This document shows, one piece after another, positions 9,904-18,271 of a stretch of DNA of 64,000 nt. The notes beneath the pieces were generated by a model. The model was not told the origin of the DNA, did no database searches, and saw only the letters and a list, made by a program, of their open reading frames with translations. Source of the DNA: a bacterium (GTDB lineage: Bacteria > Hinthialibacterota > Hinthialibacteria > Hinthialibacterales > Hinthialibacteraceae). The stretch spans positions 320,001 to 384,000 of the forward strand of contig CAXXMV010000001.1 in NCBI GenBank assembly GCA_963662285.2. Direction: 5' to 3'. Made by a program: the position numbers and the translations under genes. Numbering within the stretch: position 1 is the first letter of the stretch; every line of letters begins with the position of its first letter.

Positions 9904-10440
9904 ATGCATAGAGGACTATATATAACTCTTATTCTATTAATCGCTGCAACCGTTTTTGCGTCTCCTGAGCCATCCGAAACAGGCAAGTGGATACGCGTGT
10001 CTCTAATTGAAGCATCAAAAGCAGAACAGTTTTCCGTCAATAAGAAAATTCAGCACCTTGAGGATCAGCTAAAAAAGGTAATTACCAATAAATCAGATAA
10101 AGAGCGATATGATATTCTGAAGGATTTCAAAGAATTCGAACCTCTATGTATAACAAAACCGCAAAAAATCGACTTTGGCCGGCAATCTCACATTTCTCTC
10201 GACAAACAGAAAAATATGTTCGTCGAAATAACCTTGAATCAACTGAAAGAGGATCATTATCCAGCTTCGGTTCGTTGGTTTAATAAAGTCGAAAAAAAAG
10301 AGAAAGATATAATCAAAGCTAATCACTATAAGTTTCACAAAGACCGCTGCCTGTTCATTTTCAGCGTAAATCCATCCTCCGATTCATTCAAACTGATCGC
10401 CATAGAATTCATCAATCCCAAAGATATCAAAATACAATGA
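9904..10440 (+). CDS. Secreted hypothetical protein, third gene of the ECF operon
   Basis: Signal peptide ending VFA; starts 6 nt after the anti-sigma stop. Confidence 0.65.
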   Translation: MHRGLYITLILLIAATVFASPEPSETGKWIRVSLIEASKAEQFSVNKKIQHLEDQLKKVITNKSDKERYDILKDFKEFEPLCITKPQKIDFGRQSHISLDKQKNMFVEITLNQLKEDHYPASVRWFNKVEKKEKDIIKANHYKFHKDRCLFIFSVNPSSDSFKLIAIEFINPKDIKIQ

Positions 10441-10461
10441 TCTATGGTTTTTGATGTCTTC

Positions 10462-10494
10462 GATGGGACGCGTTTGCGCTTTATCCCATTCTAC
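10462..10494 (-). repeat. GTAG-type REP-like element
   Basis: Minus strand GTAGAATGGGATAAAGCGCAAACGCGTCCCATC, with ATGGGA/TCCCAT stem. Confidence 0.55.
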
Positions 10495-10515
10495 GCGCTA
10501 ATCAACTCGATTTCC

Positions 10516-10602
10516 GCCTTACAACTCAATCACCCGCCAAAGGCGTCAGCAACGACGGATGCGATGCTGGATCAGTAGCCGCTGAATTTGTAGATGTTGG
10601 AT
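10516..10602 (-). mobile_element. Degenerate integron attC-like site
   Basis: 87 bp; minus strand begins ATCCAAC (RYYYAAC) and ends GTAAGGC (1 mismatch to GTTRRRY); inner AATTCAGCGG / GCGGGTGATT L-box-like arms; spacer lengths not canonical. Confidence 0.35.
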
Positions 10603-10662
10603 TATGGCAGTTATATTGATTTGATGAGTTGGTGACATCAAAAAGCCGGGTGGGATGATTTT

Positions 10663-10866
10663 TTAAATCATTGGATTGCTTATGTTTTTTCGTATTCTGC
10701 GTTTCGCCTCAGTCCAGTTACTGAACTGCGATACCCCTTCCCGCTCCCGGTCTGTACGCGCTTTAAGGACGTCAGCGTGCCAAGCGGGAGAAGGGATTTC
10801 TTCCGCTGTTTTCTGCAGGTCGCTCCAGATATCTTCCAAAGCCTGAATCTTCTGATCGAAAGGGTT
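10663..10866 (-). pseudogene. 5'-truncated putative addiction-module antitoxin (TIGR02574/Unstab_antitox-like)
   Basis: Hand translation: QKIQALEDIWSDLQKTAEEIPSPAWHADVLKARTDREREGVSQFSNWTEAKRRIRK; no ATG at the expected N-terminus; frame continues directly after the REase TAA. Confidence 0.75.
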
Positions 10867-11778
10867 TTAATCAATGCATAACTTATTCATATGATCTGTT
10901 AGGATAGCAATTTGTTCATGTAGTTTTCTTAGGCCTTCTAGATCGTCTACTGATTTTTCGAATTCGGTCCCATCACTATATGTTATTTCATATACATAAC
11001 TCTCTATTGGCAAAGACATATTAAAATTTGGTGACTTCAGAAATTCTCTTGCATCAGATACAGAGTCAAATGCTATAGGTATTGAATCATGCCTTAGAAT
11101 AAATCTGATTTCTTGAGGTAAAGCACTAAGAGACGAACGAACTCTATCAACATATGATTCTATTGTTGCATATCCTAGCAATTTTACTAGAGATTTTCTT
11201 ACGGCCTTCTTCTTTGATATGGTAAAATGCTCCTGAAATGTTTCTACAATACGCGCTTTTTCATCTTCAGGATATTTATCTGGATAATCCATAATTAATC
11301 CGCAGGAATTAAAAGCATTTACAATTTTTTCTTTAGGTACATATAATAAGTCAATATCTCTACTTCTTACTAATTCTCTCGCAGGTTTTGTGAAATCTCC
11401 GGCTGAAATAATGCCTAAAAACCTTGCTGAAGGATATGTTTCTCGCATCGGCATCAGTTTTCCACTATCATCTCTTGCTTTATCTTTTGAGTGGCGTGAA
11501 CCTCGACGCCAAAAACATTCAATAAAGGCAACAGGTATACCTATTTTATCTTCTGATCCACCAAGTTCTAATACATAATCGAAATCTACATAATTACCGT
11601 CTAAATCACTCCATAATATCTTTCCTTCTCGAGTATTACGATCAACAAACCTTGAATCAACAAAGAGATCAAGATTTTTTCCTACTCTTTTGAGTATGGG
11701 TAGTACAAAATATTCTTCATACCAGTCACCAATCAATTGGCCAAGTTTGTGTCCTGAAGATGCGATGTTCTTTGCCAT
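10867..11778 (-). CDS. Putative type II restriction endonuclease
   Basis: 3 nt downstream of MTase; GQLIGDWYEE...DFDYVLE...AFIECFWRRGSRHSKDKARD PD-(D/E)xK-like core; AT-rich. Confidence 0.7.
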   Translation of the reverse strand: MAKNIASSGHKLGQLIGDWYEEYFVLPILKRVGKNLDLFVDSRFVDRNTREGKILWSDLDGNYVDFDYVLELGGSEDKIGIPVAFIECFWRRGSRHSKDKARDDSGKLMPMRETYPSARFLGIISAGDFTKPARELVRSRDIDLLYVPKEKIVNAFNSCGLIMDYPDKYPEDEKARIVETFQEHFTISKKKAVRKSLVKLLGYATIESYVDRVRSSLSALPQEIRFILRHDSIPIAFDSVSDAREFLKSPNFNMSLPIESYVYEITYSDGTEFEKSVDDLEGLRKLHEQIAILTDHMNKLCID

Positions 11779-11781
11779 ATT

Positions 11782-13101
11782 TTATCCTTCTATCCATAAT
11801 CTTCCTTCATGCAAAGGGACTCTGTGCTTTCTGTTTTTCCACTTAATGTTCCGATCTCGGATTTTTTCAAAGGTATATGATTTAAAACCTGCTGAAATAG
11901 CTAATTCACCCAACCATTTGTCAACAGCCAAATACACACCATAAGGAGCAGAATCGCCTACAACAAAACACATCTTGCTTCCTTTCTTGCATAAAGGACG
12001 TAGCGCGTAGAAAACATCGCCTAAATCACTAAAATAGGCAGCTGCCATCGTGTGATAACTTTTTCTTCCACCTTTAGTTAATCTGATTTTTTCTAACTCT
12101 TTACACGATTTTGATAATTCATCTTTTATTGGAATTAAGATATCATTCTCCAAAAGGTCATCCAACAGAAGTTTGTCTTTAGATGTATGCTGCGAACAAG
12201 ATCTCAATAGGTATTGACGCACAGATAAATGAAGATCTCCCCAACCCATTATTTCACCCCAAAAAGTCATTTCTAATCGTGTGGCATCAGCATAATCATA
12301 GTTGTTTGGGTAAGGTGGAGATGTTATAACTAAATCAAATAATGCTTTTTCTTTATACTCAGGATTACGAGCATCAGTTTTAATTATTTCTGAGTTTGAT
12401 AACCATTTTTTTTGTTTCGTGAAAGTGATATCTTTAATTACTTGCATCATTTTCAAAGAAAAAGCATTAAATGGATCAAGTATTTTGGATTTCTTTTTAT
12501 TAGGAAGAACATACTGCCATTGAGCGGTTCCAGCTGTACTGCAGGCACGAATAATATTTGTAATTGTCAACCAAATGATTTCATTTTCAGGTTCTCCATT
12601 ATCAAACTCAGATAAAAATACATTCTTCAATGAATCCAGTTTACTCAATGAGTCATTGGTAAAACATTTTCCTAGCAAAGAAACATTTAGTCTTTTTGTT
12701 TCAATTATCCTCTCTTCCGCTTTACTAGAGATTTCTCTATACATTTCACTCAAAACATTTGTATCCACATTCCATCCAAGTTTTGCTTTGGCAATTCTGT
12801 AAATAAATGGATGAGATTCAAAACCTACAGCCTTTGTTTGTGCTGATGCGGCCGCTAACAATGTAGTACCAGATCCAGCAAAAGGATCTAAAACATTTAT
12901 AGTTTTATCTTGGCTCTTATATGCAGAAATTTCCTTTTCAACCCATTGAGCAGAAAATCCTGCAGAATACCGGAACCAGTTATGTATAGGTAACTTCATA
13001 TTATCGGCAAAAGTTCCAGATCGTATATGTTTCTTCTTAGTTGAACTAAAATCTGCGTCTAATTCTGGGAATAAATTTTGCTGAGTATATGGATATATCA
13101 T
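11782..13101 (-). CDS. N4-cytosine DNA methyltransferase (alpha-type motif order)
   Basis: DPFAGSGTT SAM motif precedes ITSPPY catalytic motif; HNWFRYSAGFS. Confidence 0.9.
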   Translation of the reverse strand: MIYPYTQQNLFPELDADFSSTKKKHIRSGTFADNMKLPIHNWFRYSAGFSAQWVEKEISAYKSQDKTINVLDPFAGSGTTLLAAASAQTKAVGFESHPFIYRIAKAKLGWNVDTNVLSEMYREISSKAEERIIETKRLNVSLLGKCFTNDSLSKLDSLKNVFLSEFDNGEPENEIIWLTITNIIRACSTAGTAQWQYVLPNKKKSKILDPFNAFSLKMMQVIKDITFTKQKKWLSNSEIIKTDARNPEYKEKALFDLVITSPPYPNNYDYADATRLEMTFWGEIMGWGDLHLSVRQYLLRSCSQHTSKDKLLLDDLLENDILIPIKDELSKSCKELEKIRLTKGGRKSYHTMAAAYFSDLGDVFYALRPLCKKGSKMCFVVGDSAPYGVYLAVDKWLGELAISAGFKSYTFEKIRDRNIKWKNRKHRVPLHEGRLWIEG

Positions 13102-13365
13102 TTAAAATACATGTCTCCATTAATTAAAGATAATAATATGTTATAGTTATATGAAATTTTAGATACCTATTATAACGTGATTATGAAAAAAATGAATTGT
13201 AGATACGTTTTCCTATCGTTCGTATGTTGAAAAATCTGCATTTACAATTAATTTTGAATGGCTAATTAGTAAAACATGAATCAATATCGCAATTAAGGAT
13301 TAATAGTACACTAGTAACAATTTAATTCTAATCATATTCTACAAGCGTTAGTATAAGAATCACAC

Positions 13366-15729
13366 CTAAAACCCAACATGCTCCGTCCTAAGTATAATCT
13401 CATTCTGCAGTTGTTCGCTGAGATCGACAAAATAATCGCTGTATCCCGCAACTCGTACTATCAGGTCGCGGTGTTTTTCTGGTTCTTGTTGGGCCTGGCG
13501 TAGGAGATCGGCGTTTACTACGTTGAACTGGATATGGTGGCCGTCCATGCGGAAGTAGGTTCTGATTAATTGCGCTAGTTTGGTGACGCCGTTGTCGTCT
13601 TCCAGCAGTTGGGGAGTGAATTTCTGGTTGAGCAGGGTGCCTCCGGTGCGGATGTGGTCAATTTTGGCGGCGGATTTAACTACCGAGGTCGGGCCGTTGC
13701 GGTCGGCGCCTTGCACGGGTGATATGCCTTCAGATAGCGGCTCTCCGGCTTTGCGGCCATCGGGCAGGGCGCCCATTACTTTACCGAAATATACGTGAAC
13801 CGTGGTAGGCAGCAGATTTATGCGGTGCTGTCCGCCGCGGGTGTTAGGGCGTCCGTCGATGGCGTTGTAGTAGGTTTCAAACACCCGCCGGGTAAGGTCG
13901 TCGGCGTAATCATCATCATTACCGAATTTTGGAGTCTGATTGAGGAATGTTTTGCGCAACTCCCCGTCGTTCTCAAAATTATTTTTCAAATGTTCGAGCA
14001 ATACATCCATCGTGAGTTTTTTATTGTCATAGACATGCAGTTTGATGGAAGCCAGCGCGTCGGTTATGCTGCCCAGCCCCACCCCCTGGATGTAACTGGT
14101 GTTGTAACGCGCTCCGCCGCTGTGATAGTCGAGGCTGTTGGCGATGCAATCGTCGATCAGCAGCGACAGGAAGGGAACCGGCATATATTTGGCGTAGATG
14201 CGCTCGATTACGTTGTTGCCGCGAATCTTGATATCAATGAAATGACGCAGTTGCTGCTCGAAGGCGGCGTATAAATCATCAAAGGTCTTGAATGACGCCG
14301 GGTCTCCGGTGGTTAGACCAATCTGTTTTTTTGTGTATGGGTCGAAACCGTTGTTGAGGGTGATTTCGAGGACTTTGGGGATATTGAAATATCCGGTCAG
14401 GATATAGGCCTCTTTGCCGAAGGCGCCGCTCTCAACGCAACCGCTGGCGCCGCCATTGCGGGCGTCCTGCACCGACTTGCCCTGCCGTACCAGTTCCTGC
14501 ACGATAGCGTCGGTATTGAAAACCGAGGGCTGCCCGAATCCGGTCTTGATGATTCTAATCGCCCGTTTGATGTAACGGTCGGGATTCTTCTTACTCAGTT
14601 GCACCATAGAACTGGGTTGCAGCAGGCGCATCTCCTGAATCACGTCGAGGATGATATAGGTCAGGTCGTTAACGCCATCCAGGCCGTCTTCTTTAACGCC
14701 GCCCAGATTGATCAAGGCGAAATCAGTGTAAGTGCCGCTCTCTTCAGCGGTTACGCCGACTTTGGGAGGCGCGGGGTGGTTGTTGAACTTAATCCAGAAG
14801 GCTTGCAGCAATTCACGCGCCTTCTCTTCGGTCAGGCGGCCTTCTTCCAGGTCTTTTTTATAGAATGGATATAGGTGTTGATCCAGACGGCCGGGATTGA
14901 ATGAATCCCACGGGTTAAGTTCGGTGATAACGCCGACATGCACGAACCAGTAATACTGTAACGCTTCCCAAAAAGTCTCCGGCTTATTAGCCGGGATACG
15001 GGAGCAGATGCGCGCCATCTCTTCTAATTCCGTCTGACGTTCAGCGTCGGTTTCATGCTGCGCTAGTTGCTGCAGCTGATCGGCGTGGCGCTCGGCGAAT
15101 GTGATAAGCGCATCCGCTGCAATATCCATAGCGTACAGTTCTTCCTGCTTATCAAGCGCCTGGGGATCGGTAAAAAAATCGAGTTTTTGCAGACTGGCCT
15201 GGATATCTTCTTTTATGTCTAAAAAGCCTTTTTTATAGATTTTGTCGCCTAGCACGGTATGCCCTGGCGTGCGTTGCTCCTGAAATTCGGTGAACATTCC
15301 CGCCTGATAGGCATTGATCCACTCATCGGTCATTTCTTCAAAGATGCGCTCGCGGATGGATTTGCCCTGCCAAAATGGGATGATGTCGTCTTCATATTGC
15401 TGACAGGTCGGTTGATCGACCGCATAAGGCGTCTTTTCGCGTGAATCGAGGATTTCTAAATCCTGGCGGCTATGGATGCAGATTTCGGGATAGGTCGGCG
15501 TGGCTTTGGGCGACGGGCCGCGTTCTCCCACGATCAATTCACCGTCCAGGATAACGATCTGCTTCTTCTCCATAAGGTTTTTGAAGACCAATGCCCGGCG
15601 TACGGCGACGGAGGCTTTTTGGGCGGCATGGCTTTTATAGGTCTCAGTGACCAGAGCGGCGCGTTCAGCTGAAATTGATGGGATGGCTTGCAGGCTGTTT
15701 TCGCGCAAGGTCTTTATTCTGCTATTCAT
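13366..15729 (-). CDS. hypD: Glycyl radical enzyme, trans-4-hydroxy-L-proline dehydratase
   Basis: RVAGYS glycyl loop; SGCVE single-Cys loop; HypD-type motifs EQRTPGHTV, NPWDSFNPGR, ESGTYTDF, LTGYFN, LPTTVHVYFG. Confidence 0.88.
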   Translation of the reverse strand: MNSRIKTLRENSLQAIPSISAERAALVTETYKSHAAQKASVAVRRALVFKNLMEKKQIVILDGELIVGERGPSPKATPTYPEICIHSRQDLEILDSREKTPYAVDQPTCQQYEDDIIPFWQGKSIRERIFEEMTDEWINAYQAGMFTEFQEQRTPGHTVLGDKIYKKGFLDIKEDIQASLQKLDFFTDPQALDKQEELYAMDIAADALITFAERHADQLQQLAQHETDAERQTELEEMARICSRIPANKPETFWEALQYYWFVHVGVITELNPWDSFNPGRLDQHLYPFYKKDLEEGRLTEEKARELLQAFWIKFNNHPAPPKVGVTAEESGTYTDFALINLGGVKEDGLDGVNDLTYIILDVIQEMRLLQPSSMVQLSKKNPDRYIKRAIRIIKTGFGQPSVFNTDAIVQELVRQGKSVQDARNGGASGCVESGAFGKEAYILTGYFNIPKVLEITLNNGFDPYTKKQIGLTTGDPASFKTFDDLYAAFEQQLRHFIDIKIRGNNVIERIYAKYMPVPFLSLLIDDCIANSLDYHSGGARYNTSYIQGVGLGSITDALASIKLHVYDNKKLTMDVLLEHLKNNFENDGELRKTFLNQTPKFGNDDDYADDLTRRVFETYYNAIDGRPNTRGGQHRINLLPTTVHVYFGKVMGALPDGRKAGEPLSEGISPVQGADRNGPTSVVKSAAKIDHIRTGGTLLNQKFTPQLLEDDNGVTKLAQLIRTYFRMDGHHIQFNVVNADLLRQAQQEPEKHRDLIVRVAGYSDYFVDLSEQLQNEIILRTEHVGF

Positions 15730-15731
15730 TT

Positions 15732-16562
15732 CTATCCTCCGATATGCACCGACAATCCGGCATCTTCCAAGCGTAGTTTAACTGATTCGATCTGGTCAAG
15801 CGTGGGAGGAGCAATTTCCCCTGTCTTATCTTCCATATCCAAGCGCTTATATTTATGCTGAGCCGTATTGTGAAACGGCAGAATATGGAATGTTGATATC
15901 TTTCTTAAACAGGATAGATAATTCACCATAGCCGATAAATTATCATCTGTATCAGTAATGCCCGGAATAAGGGGAAAGCGAATGGCTATGTTTTTGCCCT
16001 GGTCTGCCAGCATCTTTAAGTTATTCAATATACAACAGTTAGATACGCCAGTGTATTTGAGGTGCATGTCATTATCCATCAATTTTAAATCATAAAGAAA
16101 CAGGTCAACGTTATGCATTACCTGTTCAAGAATTTCCTGCGAGGCGTAGCCTGTAGTATCGATGGCGGTATGGATTTCCCGTTGTTTGCTTTCCCGCAGC
16201 ATGGCGTCCAGGAATTCTGATTGCACCAGCGGCTCTCCTCCAGAAAATGTCACGCCTCCACCGGATTCATCAAAGAAGAGAGTTTCTTTTTCTATTTCGC
16301 GCAATACTTCATCCACGCTCATCCTGCTGGAAATATTTTTAGCGCCATAGCGGGAGTTTGAATTCTGTTTATTTAAGAATTCACCATCAGCATTACAATC
16401 ATCAGAGAGTGAACGAATCCCCTCTGGATTATGGCACCACCAGCATTGCAGCGGACATCCCCGCATAAATATGGTGACCCGAATCCCCGGACCGTCATGG
16501 ATGGCGTAGCGTTTTATGTCGAACAAGCTGCCGTATAGGGTGGTTTTCATAATAACATTCAT
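15732..16562 (-). CDS. Glycyl radical enzyme activating enzyme (radical SAM)
   Basis: HDGPGIR..F.RGCPLQCWWCHNPE; GGVTFSGGEP; adjacent to hypD. Confidence 0.92.
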   Translation of the reverse strand: MNVIMKTTLYGSLFDIKRYAIHDGPGIRVTIFMRGCPLQCWWCHNPEGIRSLSDDCNADGEFLNKQNSNSRYGAKNISSRMSVDEVLREIEKETLFFDESGGGVTFSGGEPLVQSEFLDAMLRESKQREIHTAIDTTGYASQEILEQVMHNVDLFLYDLKLMDNDMHLKYTGVSNCCILNNLKMLADQGKNIAIRFPLIPGITDTDDNLSAMVNYLSCLRKISTFHILPFHNTAQHKYKRLDMEDKTGEIAPPTLDQIESVKLRLEDAGLSVHIGG

Positions 16563-16615
16563 TTTCGAAGACTATAGCAGTTAACAAAAATATATGCGCA
16601 TTGAAAACATTGGAT

Positions 16616-16651
16616 TTGTTAAAAGTCCCATCTTTTGGGGACTTTTAACAA
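16616..16651. promoter_or_regulatory. Perfect 14-bp inverted repeat upstream of the hypD operon
   Basis: TTGTTAAAAGTCCC-atcttttg-GGGACTTTTAACAA. Confidence 0.5.
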
Positions 16652-17057
16652 CCGCATTGACGCACGCTATTTTGAGAATCGCTCTAGAGCGATTGTTCTT
16701 ATAGAAGTATTTCTTATTATAATTTTGAGGTTCGTATTAGCAAGCGTGCGCATACTCTTATATTGCTTAGCGTAAAGAAATTTCAGGACAACGAAGATTT
16801 GGAGATTGAATAAGTAGTTGCAATTACTTTGATTATGGATACGCTTATTTTTAGATTTCTTGACGTTAACTAATTTTATATCTACTCTGTACATACCGTT
16901 AAAATATATACTTAACCAATACTTATAAGCTTAATTTATTGAGGATATGTTTTCTTTGAATTTACATAGTGAATATTTTTTCACATGCGATAGTTATATA
17001 TATAGAAGCAGACAATCAATTGATAATCAGGCAATGCATTTCGCATGGAAATGAGCG

Positions 17058-18062
17058 TTGACATTGAATAATAATAACTCGCCAAATCCAGATGTTGATC
17101 GGGTGGATTCTCCTGATGCATCGGCAATCCACCCGAATCTTACAATCGTCATCCCTGTAAAAGACGAACAGGAGACCATCAAACCTTTGTATGAAGGAAT
17201 TTGCCAGACTCTTGATGTTTTAGGCGAAAAGTTCGAGATTATTTTTATCGATGATGGCAGTACAGACGATTCCTTCCGAGAGATGGAATCTCTCTATCAA
17301 ACAGATCCTCGCGTACGGATTTTCCGCTTTTACGTCAATAATGGCAAGTCGCCAGCTCTGGCGGCGGCGTTTGAACATGCGCGGGGCAATATAGTGGTTA
17401 CGATAGACTCTGATATGCAAGACGATCCGGCTGAAATCCCGCGTTTGCTCGAAAAACTGGGCGAAGGTTATGACCTCGTTTCGGGGTGGAAAAAGAATCG
17501 CCAGGATCCATTTTTCAAACGGTTATTATCGAAAATATTCAACAAGGTTGTTTCTAAAGCCAGCGGGATTATGCTGCATGATTTCAATTGCGGTTTGAAA
17601 TGCTACCGTAAAGAGGTGCTTGATCAGGTAAGGTTGTATGGTGAGATGCATCGATTTTTACCGGTTATGGCCAGTTGGTACGGCTTCCGCATCAGCGAAG
17701 TAGAAGTGACCCACTATCCACGCCGTTGCGGCAAGAGTAAATACGGCGGCGAACGAATTATTAAAGGCTTACTGGATTTCGGCGCCATAATGTTTTTAAG
17801 TTATTACGTCCAAAGCCCGGCTCATCTGTTTGGCCGAATCGGCTTATCCCTTGGTTTGATCGGTTTTTTAATGTTATTCTGTAGCCTGGGCGCCTTCATA
17901 GCTGGATTAACAGTAGCCAGCGGCGTTGCGCTTGCCGTTGGTTTGACGGCGGCGTTGATCAGTTTTCAATGTTTCTCGCTGGGACTCATGGCGGAAATGC
18001 TGATTTTCCTGAATCGGCGCAGGGAATCATCTTATTTTATTAATGAACGGTTGGAACGATAA
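17058..18062 (+). CDS. GT2 polyprenol-phosphate glycosyltransferase (ArnC/GtrB/DPM-like)
   Basis: IDDGSTD, DSDMQDDP, DFNCGLK, MHRFLP; two C-terminal TMs. Confidence 0.9.
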   Translation: MTLNNNNSPNPDVDRVDSPDASAIHPNLTIVIPVKDEQETIKPLYEGICQTLDVLGEKFEIIFIDDGSTDDSFREMESLYQTDPRVRIFRFYVNNGKSPALAAAFEHARGNIVVTIDSDMQDDPAEIPRLLEKLGEGYDLVSGWKKNRQDPFFKRLLSKIFNKVVSKASGIMLHDFNCGLKCYRKEVLDQVRLYGEMHRFLPVMASWYGFRISEVEVTHYPRRCGKSKYGGERIIKGLLDFGAIMFLSYYVQSPAHLFGRIGLSLGLIGFLMLFCSLGAFIAGLTVASGVALAVGLTAALISFQCFSLGLMAEMLIFLNRRRESSYFINERLER

Positions 18063-18097
18063 ATAATAGTAATATGTCAGCCAATTGAAGCGCGCAT

Positions 18098-18184
18098 CCC
18101 TCCCCCAAGCCTGGGGGAGGTTAGGTGGGGGTTGATTCGTCGAAACACAACCCCCCTCTAACTCCCCCCAAACTTGGGGGGAGA
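18098..18184. repeat. REPIN-like doublet of two inverted GC-rich hairpins
   Basis: CCCTCCCCCAAGCCTGGGGGAGGTTAGGTGGGGGTTG ... CAACCCCCCTCTAACTCCCCCCAAACTTGGGGGGAGA; the arms are near reverse complements and each is itself palindromic. Confidence 0.7.
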
Positions 18185-18271
18185 ATTTGAACCTAGGCGC
18201 TTTGTATATAGCATAATTGTTAAGTTATAACTTTATGAGGATGAAAGATTACAAATTATATACTTTACCGA

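Noticed and set aside
10734-10795. CCCTTCCCGCT...AGCGGGAGAAGGG hairpin as an ncRNA or group II intron remnant
   Set aside because: Lies inside the antitoxin coding remnant; no domain V consensus
10680-10874. 64-aa ORF-track call MIKTLSIRR...
   Set aside because: The neighbouring frame gives a recognisable antitoxin-like sequence; this frame resembles nothing
13366-15729. Pyruvate formate-lyase or choline TMA-lyase
   Set aside because: Single-Cys SGCVE loop (PFL has adjacent CC) and HypD-type motifs; no microcompartment genes
16667-16894. 75-aa minus-strand ORF
   Set aside because: AT-rich divergent promoter region; no RBS or recognisable motif
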